Made by a program: the position numbers and the translations under genes. This document shows positions 10,140 through 20,875 of a stretch of DNA of 64,000 bases, piece by piece. Source of the DNA: an uncultured delta proteobacterium (GTDB taxonomy: Bacteria; Desulfobacterota; Binatia; UBA9968); assembly GCA_963728565.1 (NCBI GenBank), contig CAVSLC010000015.1, forward strand, positions 8,546 to 72,545. The letters run 5' to 3'. The notes under the pieces are model-generated. The model ran no database searches. It saw nothing but the letters and a program-made list of their open reading frames with translations, and was not told the DNA's origin. How positions within the stretch are numbered: position 1 is the stretch's first letter; the number at the start of each line of letters is the position of its first letter.

Positions 10140-11165
10140 TCACTTGAGAACGTCTTTAAGCTTGGCCACGAGAGCCGGCTCCAGCTTAAAGATTCCGTCG
10201 ACTAATTTCTCCAGCTCCTCTCCCGATACTGGATCGATTTCCAAGGTCGATTTTTTTGCTTCCGCGATAAAACTCGGGTCATTCAGGGTTTCGAGAAACG
10301 CCTTACGCAAAAGCTGGACTCGTTCTTTGGGAGTTGCCGGCGGCAAAAGGTAGGGGCGTGTCATGGCGGCAGGATCATGGAGTCCCGCGCGAATCAGCTG
10401 GCGCGCCTCCTCGCTCTTGGCTTCGTCTATGGCGTTTGGAACCTGAGCCAGCTCCGGATGGCGTTTGGGATTCGTTTGGATGACTATCACCACCTCGCCT
10501 GCATCGAGGCCTTTGCGCCACGTAGTCTTGATCGATTCCCACTGAAAGCAAGCGCCCGCCAGCTCTCCGCTTTCCGCGGCAAGTCGCATATCGGCGGTGC
10601 CTTTGTAGCCCATTACGAGTTGAATGGGCAGGCTCAAAGCTTCCTTCAAAATTTTGGCATTGGTCGTGGTGGTATCTCCCGGGCCGCCCCCGCCCAATTT
10701 GACCGGTGTCTTGGAGGCCCTCCACTGCTCGAGACTGGTAATGCCACTCGCTTTGGTCAACGCACAGGCGCCGTTGTCCTTAACCGGAACTCCAATCCAT
10801 TCGAAGCGACGGGCGTCAAACTCGATACCGGGACTGCCAAGAACCTGATTAAGAATTTGGTTGCCGTGAATGTTCCCGATTGTGAGCCCGTCGGGTTTGG
10901 CAACTTTGAAGAGATGATTGGCGGCAACCAGGCTTGCCGCTCCCGTCATGTTCTCAACGACGACGCTCGGATTACCCGGGATGTGTTTACTCAGGTGACG
11001 CGCAATCGCGCGCGAATAGATATCGAAACCACCTCCCGCGGCAAAGCCGACGATTAATCGGACAGTTTTGTTCTTAAAGAAGTCGTCGCTTGCCGAGATC
11101 ACAGTACCCGGCATCAGAGTAAGGCTAAAAAGGAACGAACAAAGAACGGCAAAATTTCTCTTCAC
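10140..11165 (-). CDS. Bug/TctC binding protein
   Basis: AAGGGFDIYSR, ENMTGA, KPDGLTIG; close paralog of 7711-8763. Confidence 0.88.
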   Translation of the reverse strand: MKRNFAVLCSFLFSLTLMPGTVISASDDFFKNKTVRLIVGFAAGGGFDIYSRAIARHLSKHIPGNPSVVVENMTGAASLVAANHLFKVAKPDGLTIGNIHGNQILNQVLGSPGIEFDARRFEWIGVPVKDNGACALTKASGITSLEQWRASKTPVKLGGGGPGDTTTTNAKILKEALSLPIQLVMGYKGTADMRLAAESGELAGACFQWESIKTTWRKGLDAGEVVIVIQTNPKRHPELAQVPNAIDEAKSEEARQLIRAGLHDPAAMTRPYLLPPATPKERVQLLRKAFLETLNDPSFIAEAKKSTLEIDPVSGEELEKLVDGIFKLEPALVAKLKDVLK

Positions 11166-11496
11166 CGCGATTTCGCTTTCTTGAGCAGAGGCATTCGCAG
11201 TTGTACGTCCACTCGGTTGCGATAGGACTCCACTTGATGACAACACTTCGTCCGACACAAGCTAATCAAGACGCCTTTCGCTGTCAATCAAAAATTGTCA
11301 GCTGTGTTGTAGCAAAGCGATTATGTCAGATGACCGGCTAACAATCTGAGATCAAGAAAAAACCGCTAACGATAATCGAGAGAGTCTATCCAAGAGAGAC
11401 TCTGCTGCGCCATTGAACGTGGCGGGGTTTGTTCTCTAAGATATTTTCGAGTGAACCGTTAGGGCAACCTCTTGGGGTCTACCATTGGAATTGCGA

Positions 11497-11630
11497 GCCG
11501 CGGCAAGGGCTCTGGCATGGTGGAATCGGGAGTAAGCCTGATGCGAATGGAAATTGCTTCGCCTCACGAAATGTCAGATGAGCTGGTCTTACGAAACAGC
11601 CAATCCTGCTCGGGCCACAGACAGCATTAG
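11497..11630 (+). pseudogene. Degenerate copy of the rlpA 3' end
   Basis: Aligns with ~4224-4355 (gccgcggcaag...ggaatcgggagtaa...gcgaatggaa...cattag). Confidence 0.7.
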
Positions 11631-12058
11631 AACCCCCCCACACACACACATTTTCAGCCCTTGCGGTCGTTCAGACGTCGCTAAGCCCAAGTTACTGTAG
11701 AGGCTTCATAACCGCGTAGGTTTTTGTCTCTCAGTAACTAATGCCTATTTTGAAATTTTTTATGAGGAATCGAGATGTTAGACAGTCTGAGGCACATGAC
11801 GGCCCGGGAGTTTACCACGTCAGCTATGGACTCAGCGAAGACCTGTCGCTATCAGTTCCTTGTGGGTTTTTCATCTTGAAAATGCGTCGTTTTTACAAAA
11901 GTTGCCCACCAGCGAAAAGACTCTCCGTCTTCTATCCATGTGCCAACGAGAAGGGCTTCTTGATTGGAGATCATAATTTTACAGTTGGCCGTCCCTTGTA
12001 TGTGCGTATTGCCGTTAATGGCTGTGAACCCACCGCGGAACTCATTCCCTGCGGGATG

Positions 12059-12800
12059 TAAAGGGGACACGCTACTTCTTATCTACTTCCTCATTTTGCT
12101 GAAACCGGGTCGGCCCCATGAACGCATCGTACTCTCAGGTCCAATAGACCTGCAATCGACGTCTGCCAGTCTGGTTCTCCAAAAGGTCTTTAACGATTCA
12201 CTGACTAACGAATTGCAGCCAATTGCCGCGCTGATAGCGGTTCGTCCAAATGCGCCAGCCGGTCTGTCTCGACTTCGAAAGGACAGGGATCGGCCAGCTC
12301 GTTCCGACAGCAACTTGACTTACGGCCGATCATCTATCGACGCTGCCAAGCCTGATCTGACTGGATTCTGTAACACGTAGCGCACGACCATTAGCAAATG
12401 CTCATCGCGCTGCACTGGAAAACTTTTAAACCGGCCCTGCCAAACATGCCCGCTGCCGCCGTAATGCTTGTGATAACGCCGTACGTGACTGGTCAAGATC
12501 CCTTGCATGAATCGGCTCAGAGACTGGTGATGCGAAGCTCAATCAGAAAGTGAAAGTGATTCGGAATCAGAGAGAAAGCAAACAACTTAACTGGGTGCCG
12601 CGCTTTTGCTAGCGCGAGGATGCAAAGAAAGACTTGGTGATCTTGAGCTTGATGAAAGATAGTTACGCGACCGTTCCCTCGGTTGATCACATGATAAATA
12701 TAACCAGCCTGTTGCGCACGCGAGCTTCTTGGCATGGCAGGGCTTTATCATTTATGCGAACGTGATCACAAACGATGAAAGTCGCTTGTCCCTTAATCCC
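12059..12800 (-). mobile_element. RAYT family A element, near full length, transposase pseudogene (12083-12735)
   Basis: YHVINRGNGR, PNHFHF (HUH), GHVWQGRFKSFPV, RYVLQNPVR; frameshifts and stops; inverted repeats at both ends. Confidence 0.9.
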
Positions 12801-12835
12801 GTCAATCTCCCGATCTCCCTCGGCTGTCCTTAGAC

Positions 12836-13016
12836 GCTTTGAACGAGGCGCAGCGATCCAACGGCTTGAACGAAATCGTTTATTCCTCTGGCGCGCGGCA
12901 TCACTTGTTCATAGAACAAACATTCAATAAACGCTGCGTTCTCCACGTTGTGTTCCTGAGTTTCCTAAATTATTTGAACCAAGCGAAGCGGGTGAACGTT
13001 TGGAACGACTGGAACA
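12836..13016. repeat. Intergenic TTGAAC/TGGAAC short-unit repeat family
   Basis: ttgaacg..., gtgaacgtttggaacgactggaac; related units at 9352-9385, 31965-32112 (inverted) and ~53025-53055. Confidence 0.55.
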
Positions 13017-13049
13017 AGCCCGGGGTTATGGTCCGATGACACCCTGTTC

Positions 13050-14111
13050 TTATCGCATTGGCAGCGGCGTCGCTCCGGAAAAGGTCTTGAACAGGTCGAT
13101 CAATTCAGGGTCGCGAGGGGTATCTTGAATGGCCTTGGTCAAATCCTCCGGCATCAACGGACTTGCCTCTTCGCCAACCACCTTGCGGTATTCGCGATGA
13201 AAATCCGGATCTGTAAAAGTCTTGCGCATCGCCTCCTGAAGATCAGCAACACGATCTTTGGGTGTCCCGGGCGACAGAACGTAAGGTGAGCCGGTGAGCC
13301 TGAATGTTCGCGAGAGAGCGAGCAGCCTGCGTTCTCGTTCGGACTTAGCGAAGGTTTCGATCTCAGGAAGGTGGCCAAAGCGGGGGTGCTTGAGATCTTT
13401 GGGAATTGCATAGATCGCATGGAAATCCATTAGACCTTTTTCCACCCAATCAGGATTGCGATGCCAAACTGAGGTTGCGGTGTTCGCCCTGGCGTCGATC
13501 TCCCCACTCAGCAGTGCGACGTCCAAGTCCGGCGCCCCGTACCCCGGGATAAACTTCGGGTCCTTCAAAGCGAGAAAGTACGCAAAGAATCGTGCCGCTA
13601 TGTAGGCGCTATGTCCGACGGGCCGGGTTCCCACTCTGACTCCGGGAGTCGCTCTGAGTTTTTCCAAACTGTTCAAGCCCACGTCTTTTCGGGTATAGAA
13701 CACTAGATGGCTGGAGCTTTCCGGCGAGCCGAGATAGAGGAATTTATCAACATCGTACATCACTCCGGTCTCACGTAAGAGACTTAGTCCAATGACGCTG
13801 CTGCTGAACGCGCCGATCGTGAGCCCGTCAGGGCGGGCGTTGCGAAATAGGTGATTGCCCACTTGTCGACCACCGCCGCCGTCCATGTACTCGATGAGGA
13901 TTGTGGGATTTCCTGCAATGTATTTGCGCAGAAAAGGAACCGTAGCCTTGACCCGGTTGTCGCCAATTCCTCCGGGGGCGGTCGCGGCAATGATCTTTAT
14001 GGTCTTGCCTTGGTAATAGGGCGCTTGCGCAAAGGCGTACTCGGGTGAAAGACCGGTTAGCACCACCAGCACGCCAAAGACTGCTAGTCCAACGAGGGCC
14101 TTGGTAATCAT
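13050..14111 (-). CDS. Bug/TctC binding protein (divergent)
   Basis: Signal peptide, APGG, RPDGLTIG, LSPGTPKDRV. Confidence 0.82.
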   Translation of the reverse strand: MITKALVGLAVFGVLVVLTGLSPEYAFAQAPYYQGKTIKIIAATAPGGIGDNRVKATVPFLRKYIAGNPTILIEYMDGGGGRQVGNHLFRNARPDGLTIGAFSSSVIGLSLLRETGVMYDVDKFLYLGSPESSSHLVFYTRKDVGLNSLEKLRATPGVRVGTRPVGHSAYIAARFFAYFLALKDPKFIPGYGAPDLDVALLSGEIDARANTATSVWHRNPDWVEKGLMDFHAIYAIPKDLKHPRFGHLPEIETFAKSERERRLLALSRTFRLTGSPYVLSPGTPKDRVADLQEAMRKTFTDPDFHREYRKVVGEEASPLMPEDLTKAIQDTPRDPELIDLFKTFSGATPLPMR

Positions 14112-14540
14112 AGGAGACCACCCAATTTCTTTTTTTCAGTCGGCCGAAAGTTTAACAGAAATCTTTTGCCACACCGGATCTGTGCAAAGCCAACAGATTT
14201 GAAAACCTTCCTAACTGATCTGGCGGCTTATGTCCATGCATATGCGGCTGCCTACCGGGCGAATCTGAAACCAGTCATGAGCAACTGTAAGAGAAAAGAA
14301 CCGAAGGATGGAGTGGGACTTATTTAATAGGGCGGCGACAAGAAACTATCAAGTGAGTAGGCGTGACAAAACCAGGCAACGGCTGACCGCTCTGGATAGA
14401 GTACTCAGGAACAACCCCCCGCGCGTTGCGGCGGTTAAACAGATGCTAGATCGATCGGAAAATTTTAATCGTAGGGCGTCGCGCCATTAACGCTTCGCAG
14501 GAGCGACGTTGCAGCATAAGACCTGACACCAGGTTCTTGG

Positions 14541-14680
14541 GCCGCGCCCGTTCTCCCGGTTGATCGAATGATAAAACAAAACCTGCCTCTTGCGCGCGCG
14601 GGATTCTCGGCATGGCAGGGCTTTATCATATAGGCGAACGGGATCACAACGATGAAAGTAGCCTGTCCCCTTTAATCCCC
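14541..14680 (-). mobile_element. RAYT family A 5'-end fragment
   Basis: Shares cggcatggcagggctttatcatataggcgaacg...aagtagcctgtcccctttaatcccc with the other copies. Confidence 0.8.
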
Positions 14681-14937
14681 TTCGAAAGTAAATGATCATG
14701 GCTCAACGACGCGGTGCCGTTCTCCGGCTCATTCGAAGTTAAACTCATTTTCAGAACACGCAGTCGATTAAAGCATCTAGGTACTGTGGCTCAACTAGCT
14801 AACTCCATACTTGACTTAAATGAAAAGCAGATGTTGCGAGCTGCACCTCGCAAATTGGGCGGTGACGGTCTCTAATGGACCAACATATTAACAGGCTGAC
14901 TCTGTGAGGAGTCGCCTAAGCCTAAAGGAGGTGCAGC

Positions 14938-16022
14938 ATGAAAGAGTATATAGGAGTGGACCTGGGGAAGCACAAGGCCGTGGTGGTAAAGAAAGATCGA
15001 CAGGGAAAGACAACCAGCAAGGTTACTGTACCTGTGACTCAAGCAGCATTGGAAAGTTATTTTTCGAAGCAGGACCGTCGAAGCCAGGTGGTGGTGGAGG
15101 CCACGGGGAACTGGATGTATCTCTACGAGACCATCGAGCGCTACACACCGGAGGTCGTCTTGGCACACCCACTTAAGACCCGGGCGATTGCCGAGGCACG
15201 GATTAAGACCGACACCATTGATGCGACGACCTTAGCGGAACTGCTACGTCTAGATGGCATCCCGAAAGCGTATATACCACCTCGTGAGGTTCGTGACATT
15301 CGAGAGTTGTTGCGTTACCGGGCCTCGCTGGTATCGATACGAGTCGGTATCAAGAACAAGATTCATGCGGTGCTGACCAAGAACGGCATCGATTGCACGT
15401 TCAGTGATATTTTGGGGAAATCCTCCCGGCAGTGGCTGAAGAGTCTAGCCGTGCGTGCTTGCTATCGGCTAGAGATTGATGGGTATCTACGGATCGCGGA
15501 GGCGTTGGCGATTTCGATTGGAGAGATCACAAAAACGATAAAGGCCGAGGTAGCTGAAAACCCACAGGCTCAACTATTGATGGGTATTCCGGGTATCAGC
15601 TACTACTCGGCTCTGTTAATCCTCAGTGAGATTGGTGAGGTAGACCGTTTTCCCAATGCCAAGCGATTGTGTTCGTATGCCGGCTTGGTTCCCAGTATCT
15701 ATAGCTCGGGAAGCAAGAGCTACAGCGGATCACCAAACAGGGTTCACGGTGGCTGCGATGGATTTTGGTAGAGATCAGCATCCATGCCGCCAACGGGGAT
15801 TCGAACTTTCAGAAAGTGTACCGCAGAGTGAGTCGACGACGCGGTCCTAGCACGGCGAGAGTGGCGGTAGCGCGAAAGATCCTCACTGTCATTTACGCCA
15901 TGCTAAAGCGAAGTGAGTCGTTTAACCGTCACAGACCTCGGCAACGACTTATGGCTGTACCTGGGCGAAAAAAAGTGACCGACGTCTCTGGTCATCCTCC
16001 TGGGGTCATGGTCCCGGCCTAA
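14938..16022 (+). pseudogene. IS110 transposase/recombinase with a frameshift near 15728
   Basis: DEDD motifs GVDLG, VEATG, KTDTIDA; SSG; ITKQGSRWLRWILVE restored in the next frame. Confidence 0.88.
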
Positions 16023-16200
16023 ACCGGAGATCCGAAGATTTGATTAGGAGACCAGAGTCGAATTCAATAATGTGCCGAAGAGCACGGATGAGTGACTGAC
16101 CGATTGGTCGACCGAGACCGAACAGAACTCTGGTCGCAAACAACGGCAGTGTGGGTGATTAGACTAACCCCACGCCTCCCGTGAAGAGGTGCATCTAAAC
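15984..16200 (+). ncRNA. Putative bridge/seek RNA of IS110 element 1
   Basis: Stem ctctggt/accagag plus ctcct/aggag enclosing ggggtca (reverse complement of target tgacccc); atgagtgact (16088) equals the donor junction. Confidence 0.65.
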
Positions 16201-16449
16201 GAGACCTTGACAAGTTTCTTTTCATGAGTGACCCCTTGATCCACCTCTCAGTTTTGTACAGACGCACAGCCACCAACAGGCAGTTCGTGGTGCCCTTTTC
16301 ACTGTTGACCTGCGCATCGTTGATCGGGTAATACGATTTCGGGACTACGTCCTTTACGAGTGGCTGCGAGCCTGGTCCCACGTAACAACGTGTACACAGT
16401 TTTCAAAGCCCGGCTCTGACCGAGAAAGCTTTAGGGTAAGGGAGACAAG

Positions 16450-17415
16450 GTGAAAGCATTCATCAGCATATTGATCCCAACTCAAGGTCGAATCGATCAA
16501 CTGAGGCGGCTGTTGCGTAGCTTGTCGCGGCTGGACGGTCGAGAAAATGTTGAACACGAAATCATCGTCTGCAACAACGCGCCGGACGATGTGAAAGCCC
16601 GCTCCGTAGAAGGTATCGTCAAGTATTACGTTGCAAAAGAGCCGAAACGATGGCACCTGGCGCGAGAACCCTTGCCTGGTAAAAGCCGCGCCTTAAATAA
16701 GATTATTCCGCTTTCAAGAGGGCAGATCCTGGGATTCTTAGACGATGACGTGGAGGTAAATTCCTCATGGCTGCAAGCTACTTGCAATTTCTTTTCTCAT
16801 CATTCCTTTGACGTAATGCAAGGATCTATTCTCGTACCGCCGGAGATGGCTGGTGATGAAAAGTTTCTTAAGCTGCTGAATCGTTATCGAACGATCTGTT
16901 ACTACCAGAAGCCTGGATTGGAAGTCAGGGAGATCCGCACTCTCAATGCAGCCAATATCGCGTTCAGACGCGAACTTCTTGAGAAGACAGATCTTTTCGA
17001 CGAGCGCATCGGTCCAGGTCAGTCGGGAACCTCAATGGATGTGGAGTTTGGCGAAAGAGTCCTGAGGAACGGAGGACGGATTGGCTACGATCCCAGTTCT
17101 ATTGTATACCACGAGGTCGACTGGAATCGCCTCACTGAGGATTATTTTCGTTTGCGTCATGAGAGGCAAGGAAGAAGCCGCCTCCTTTATAAATCCAGTT
17201 CACTACCAACTATTATGGGAGATTTGATCCGGGCTACGTGCGGTCTGGGTCTCTATTCGCTATTGAACGACGAACGTAAAAAGTATCGCGCCAAAGGCCG
17301 GTATTTTCATTATCGGGCCATGCTTGGCGAGAAAATTCGCCGCTCAGCTTGGCGCATGCGGCAGGTGCAGGGCGAACTATCACGTGAGCCAAGTGGCCGG
17401 CCGCCGTCGCTGTGA
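16450..17415 (+). CDS. Glycosyltransferase family 2
   Basis: ISILIPT, GKSRALN, FLDDD, FDERIG, DVEF. Confidence 0.9.
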   Translation: MKAFISILIPTQGRIDQLRRLLRSLSRLDGRENVEHEIIVCNNAPDDVKARSVEGIVKYYVAKEPKRWHLAREPLPGKSRALNKIIPLSRGQILGFLDDDVEVNSSWLQATCNFFSHHSFDVMQGSILVPPEMAGDEKFLKLLNRYRTICYYQKPGLEVREIRTLNAANIAFRRELLEKTDLFDERIGPGQSGTSMDVEFGERVLRNGGRIGYDPSSIVYHEVDWNRLTEDYFRLRHERQGRSRLLYKSSSLPTIMGDLIRATCGLGLYSLLNDERKKYRAKGRYFHYRAMLGEKIRRSAWRMRQVQGELSREPSGRPPSL

Positions 17416-17481
17416 TTGTCGACTGCGAATTGTTTGTATCGGTCACTGTCGGACTCAATCACTGCCGAGGTTAGTTTTCGT

Positions 17482-18591
17482 ATGAGATCGCCTTCATCAC
17501 GTTATTCGAATCGCGAGAGCCGGTTTCGCGTGATGTACATAGTTAAAAATTATCCACAGATGTCCGAGACTTATATCAAAACCGAGATCGAAGCCGTTGC
17601 TGAGCGCTGCGACGTTAGCGTCTTAGCAACAAGAAAAGCTAACTTGCCGGCAAAAGAGCATATGCCATTCAAGTTGGTTGAGGATACTTCAGCAATTGGT
17701 GAAGCCATAGAGGCGTTCCAGCCGGATGTTCTTCACAGTCACTGGTTAAATTCGGTGAAGATACTCGGCAAATTCGCGCGAAAGCTGAATATTCCGTTCA
17801 CAGTGAGGGCGCATTCTTTCGACTCGATTTGGCAGGAGAATAAGACGGCCTTTGACTTTCTGCCCTTTGTTCGTTCGTTCCGTCTACCATCTCGAATCCG
17901 CCGGGCCGTATCCCTTATCAACGACGACCTCTGTCTTGGTATTCTCGCGTTTCCCTTCGCCCGTGCCCGCTTGGAGAGGGCGGGCATTCGCGGTGACAAG
18001 ATCGTTGATTGCTATCCGGTGGTGAATTACCGTCGGTTTCATGACGAATCGCCAAACGGCGAAGCCATCATGAACGTTGGCGCGGCTATTCGGAAAAAAA
18101 AGATGGAGGACTTCATTGAGCTAAGCACCCTGGCTCCCAAGTTACAGTTCAATCTCTACGCTTTAGGATATAATGTGGAGCAGTTGCGGCAACTCAGCAT
18201 CGACAAAGCAAGCCCAGTCAATTTTATTTCACCCATCGAATTGGAGGATATGCCTGCCGAGTATAAGAAACACCGCTGGTTGGTTTATACAGCCGCAAAA
18301 GACGGAAGAGTCGGCTGGCCCATGTCTGTCGCAGAAGCTCAGGCGGCCGGGGTCGGTGTCTGCATGGCAAATATCCGGCCGGATTTGCGTGAGTATGTGG
18401 GTCCGGCCGGCTTTTTGTACGATTCACTCAGTCAAGTGCTGGAGATCATCTCCAAACCGTTTCCGGCGGAATTGCGAGAGATGGGCTTTGAGCACGCAAA
18501 GAAATCCGACATTTTTTCGCACCGCGCCTCGCTGTTCAAGCTTTGGCAAAAGGCGAACTCAGCTCACTCAGTTCAAGGTTCCCTATCATAG
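17482..18591 (+). CDS. GT-B fold (GT4-like) glycosyltransferase
   Basis: YPQMSETYI, HSHW, VGWPMSVAEAQAAG. Confidence 0.75.
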   Translation: MRSPSSRYSNRESRFRVMYIVKNYPQMSETYIKTEIEAVAERCDVSVLATRKANLPAKEHMPFKLVEDTSAIGEAIEAFQPDVLHSHWLNSVKILGKFARKLNIPFTVRAHSFDSIWQENKTAFDFLPFVRSFRLPSRIRRAVSLINDDLCLGILAFPFARARLERAGIRGDKIVDCYPVVNYRRFHDESPNGEAIMNVGAAIRKKKMEDFIELSTLAPKLQFNLYALGYNVEQLRQLSIDKASPVNFISPIELEDMPAEYKKHRWLVYTAAKDGRVGWPMSVAEAQAAGVGVCMANIRPDLREYVGPAGFLYDSLSQVLEIISKPFPAELREMGFEHAKKSDIFSHRASLFKLWQKANSAHSVQGSLS

Positions 18592-18616
18592 CCGAGCATT
18601 CTCGGTCATCACACGC

Positions 18617-19188
18617 CTGGGTCAGGCATGAGTTATTGACTTGTTGAGCCAACGCTGCAACTCCGATTCTGATCGCTTGTCCCGTTTCTCCACATACGCC
18701 GCGTGCAGCCGGCTAATCATCGATGCGTCGCGATGGAGGTGTTCTGCCGAACTCTCCATTTGATCCCGCATCACTCCCGCGCCGCATAGACCAACAACGA
18801 TCGCGGCTCTGCCCAGCTTCGCTTGCGTTCCGTGCGCAGCAGTCGCCCTGCTTCAATGCTATACAGCGACGCCACCCGCTCCACCAAGCGGGTAAATTTA
18901 ACCTTAACCTTTGCCGGCTCCGTTTCCTTTGTCTTCTTCTCAACTTCGTTGACAAACCGCTCGTCGCCTAAAAATCGTTGCTCTACCGTCTGATAGAGAC
19001 GATCCAGGTGCCCCTGACCCAGTCCCTCTTTGATAAAACCATGATACCCTCTTCGGGCAACGCTCGGATTGGACCCGAACTGCTTCAGCACGGAGCTGCT
19101 CTGAATCGTGACCGGAGTGTGTTCTCCGGCATAGGCCCGATGGCTGCTCCAGCGTGGCGCAACTAGCTAACTCCATACTTGACCCCTT
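18617..19188 (-). mobile_element. RAYT family B, internally deleted element (C-terminal half with helical tail)
   Basis: WSSHRAY, FLGDERFV, DASMISR; ends gggtcaggc ... cttgacccc. Confidence 0.7.
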
Positions 19189-19406
19189 AACCCCCTCCGC
19201 CGTGGAAAAGCAGCCGCCTGTTTCGTAGCCGTCGAACCGCGGAAACAACTTGAGCGGCATTGATTCAGAGAGCTAGAGAGGCTAAATCTTTGGTTAGCAT
19301 AATCAGTTCTCCTACAGAATGCTGTGCCCAGATAGGCGACTAAGCGTCAACCAAGACTAATTTCTATTTGCTATCAGCGATTTCATAGACAGAAAGAAGA
19401 AGCAAA

Positions 19407-19664
19407 ATGGATTTCGAAAAAGCAAAGCTGAATCCCGCAGCCGTTTTTAAGAGCCCTCAAGAAGTGGTTTCAAGTCAAGAATTGTCGCGCCAGCAAAAAA
19501 TTGAAATCCTTCAGCGATGGGAACAGGACGCGACGTTGATGGAAGTCGCGGAGGAAGAAGGCATGCCCGGCCCGCAACCCAAACTGCTACAGCCGATCCG
19601 CGACGCTCTGCACGCCCTCGATTATTGGCCGGATACTGAGAACTCGGGCCCCAGCAAAGTCTGA
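19407..19664 (+). CDS. Small hypothetical protein
   Basis: 85 aa; PAAVFKSPQEV...KIEILQRW...EEGM; looks coding. Confidence 0.65.
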   Translation: MDFEKAKLNPAAVFKSPQEVVSSQELSRQQKIEILQRWEQDATLMEVAEEEGMPGPQPKLLQPIRDALHALDYWPDTENSGPSKV

Positions 19665-19785
19665 GAAGCGGACCGCAAGAAAGTCGCGATGCGCAAAGCA
19701 ACTCCGTTCAACCTGACCCCTCAATGCCTTATCCAGGCTCGTCCGTTAAGTCGAGGTTAGGCCAACTCCGCAGGTTTACCTCCGC

Positions 19786-19814
19786 TTGACACAGTGCCCC
19801 GCCGTGCTTACCTT
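19786..19814 (+). promoter_or_regulatory. Sigma70-like promoter of the Hsp20 gene
   Basis: TTGACA-N17-TACCTT with an extended TG. Confidence 0.5.
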
Positions 19815-19855
19815 CTCATCAGCTTAAAGAAAAGGTTTAAAAAGGAGCGCTAATT

Positions 19856-20302
19856 ATGGAACTAGTAAGATGGGAACAGGTTGAAGGTGTAAACAGAATT
19901 CAGTCCCGGATCAACGAGCTATTCGAAGACGCGTTGGGTCGTACACGGGCGCAACAGAGTGCTGCTGCTGGAGTTTGGTATCCTCCCGTGGACATTCTTG
20001 AAAGTAAGGATTCGTATCTCATTCGCGCCGAGCTGCCCGGGATGAGAAACGAGGATCTCAAAACGGAAGTAAACGAGGGCATATTGACACTCAGTGGCGA
20101 GAGAAGGCTTGAAGAGCCGGCCAGTGGGGTCGAGTACCACCGGGTCGAGCGGGTTACAGGTAAATTTTCTCGATCCTTCCACGTGCCGCAAACCGTGAAC
20201 CCCGATGGCATCAAAGCGACCTATAGGGATGGCATACTTGAAGTACAAGTTCCCAAAGCCGATGAGGCCAAGCCGAGACAAATCGCTATAAGCTTGAATT
20301 GA
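19856..20302 (+). CDS. Hsp20/alpha-crystallin small heat-shock protein
   Basis: PPVDILE, AELPG, HRVER..GKFSRSF, YRDGILEV. Confidence 0.95.
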   Translation: MELVRWEQVEGVNRIQSRINELFEDALGRTRAQQSAAAGVWYPPVDILESKDSYLIRAELPGMRNEDLKTEVNEGILTLSGERRLEEPASGVEYHRVERVTGKFSRSFHVPQTVNPDGIKATYRDGILEVQVPKADEAKPRQIAISLN

Positions 20303-20330
20303 TTCATCGCAGAACCGTCAAACAGATACT

Positions 20331-20366
20331 CAGGGGGGAAAGCCAAGCGCTTCCTCCCTGTTTTCT
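20331..20366 (+). terminator. Intrinsic terminator after Hsp20
   Basis: caggggggaa...ttcctccctg stem followed by ttttct. Confidence 0.65.
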
Positions 20367-20399
20367 GGTAACCCCGCCAAAAAGCACTTAGCTTAGTAT

Positions 20400-20500
20400 C
20401 GAACACGTAATGCTCGCTCTTATGAAACACCGCGGCACGACCGTTGCCGCGGTTTATTATGGCGCAGAGCAGTTTGTCGACCACGCGTATTCCCTGCATA
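20400..20500 (-). mobile_element. Diverged RAYT A-like 5' fragment
   Basis: IINRGNGRAAVFHK. Confidence 0.55.
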
Positions 20501-20875
20501 AGCGGCTTCTAACATAGCCGGCGAGTTCGTCGCGATATTTGATTCTCATCCTCAATCAATCTCCGATCTGAGTTTGAGCGCGCCGGCATGGGGAATCTTC
20601 GCGGTCGACGGTGCTATGCCTTAGCCATTTCAACAGCTTTGTCCCAAGGAATCGTGTTTTCTGGCCTTAGCGCATCATTTGACCGGCAAATTCGCTGTCC
20701 TAAAAGTTTCTGAAATTAGCGCCGCTATGCAACCGATAGCACTGGATCAATAACTTTCTCTGCTTCGACTCGCCGGTAACCAAGTCCTGATACCATCATG
20801 AACGAGTTTGGAGCTATTGTCCCGATCACAAGAATTGGACAAGATAAGGAAGCCCCCGAAAAGGAGGATCCTGCG

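Larger units (their letters stand above)
14816..16232 (+). mobile_element. IS110 family (IS1111-type) element 1
   Basis: Sub-terminal inverted repeat atgaaaag (14820) / cttttcat (16218); TGAC core at both junctions; empty target at 19154-19188. Confidence 0.85.

Noticed and set aside
11741-12070. Short ORFs next to the RAYT element
   Set aside because: Possibly a truncated gene, but no recognisable family or RBS.
14308-14490. Weak resemblance to an IS110 C-terminus
   Set aside because: Too short and divergent to support.
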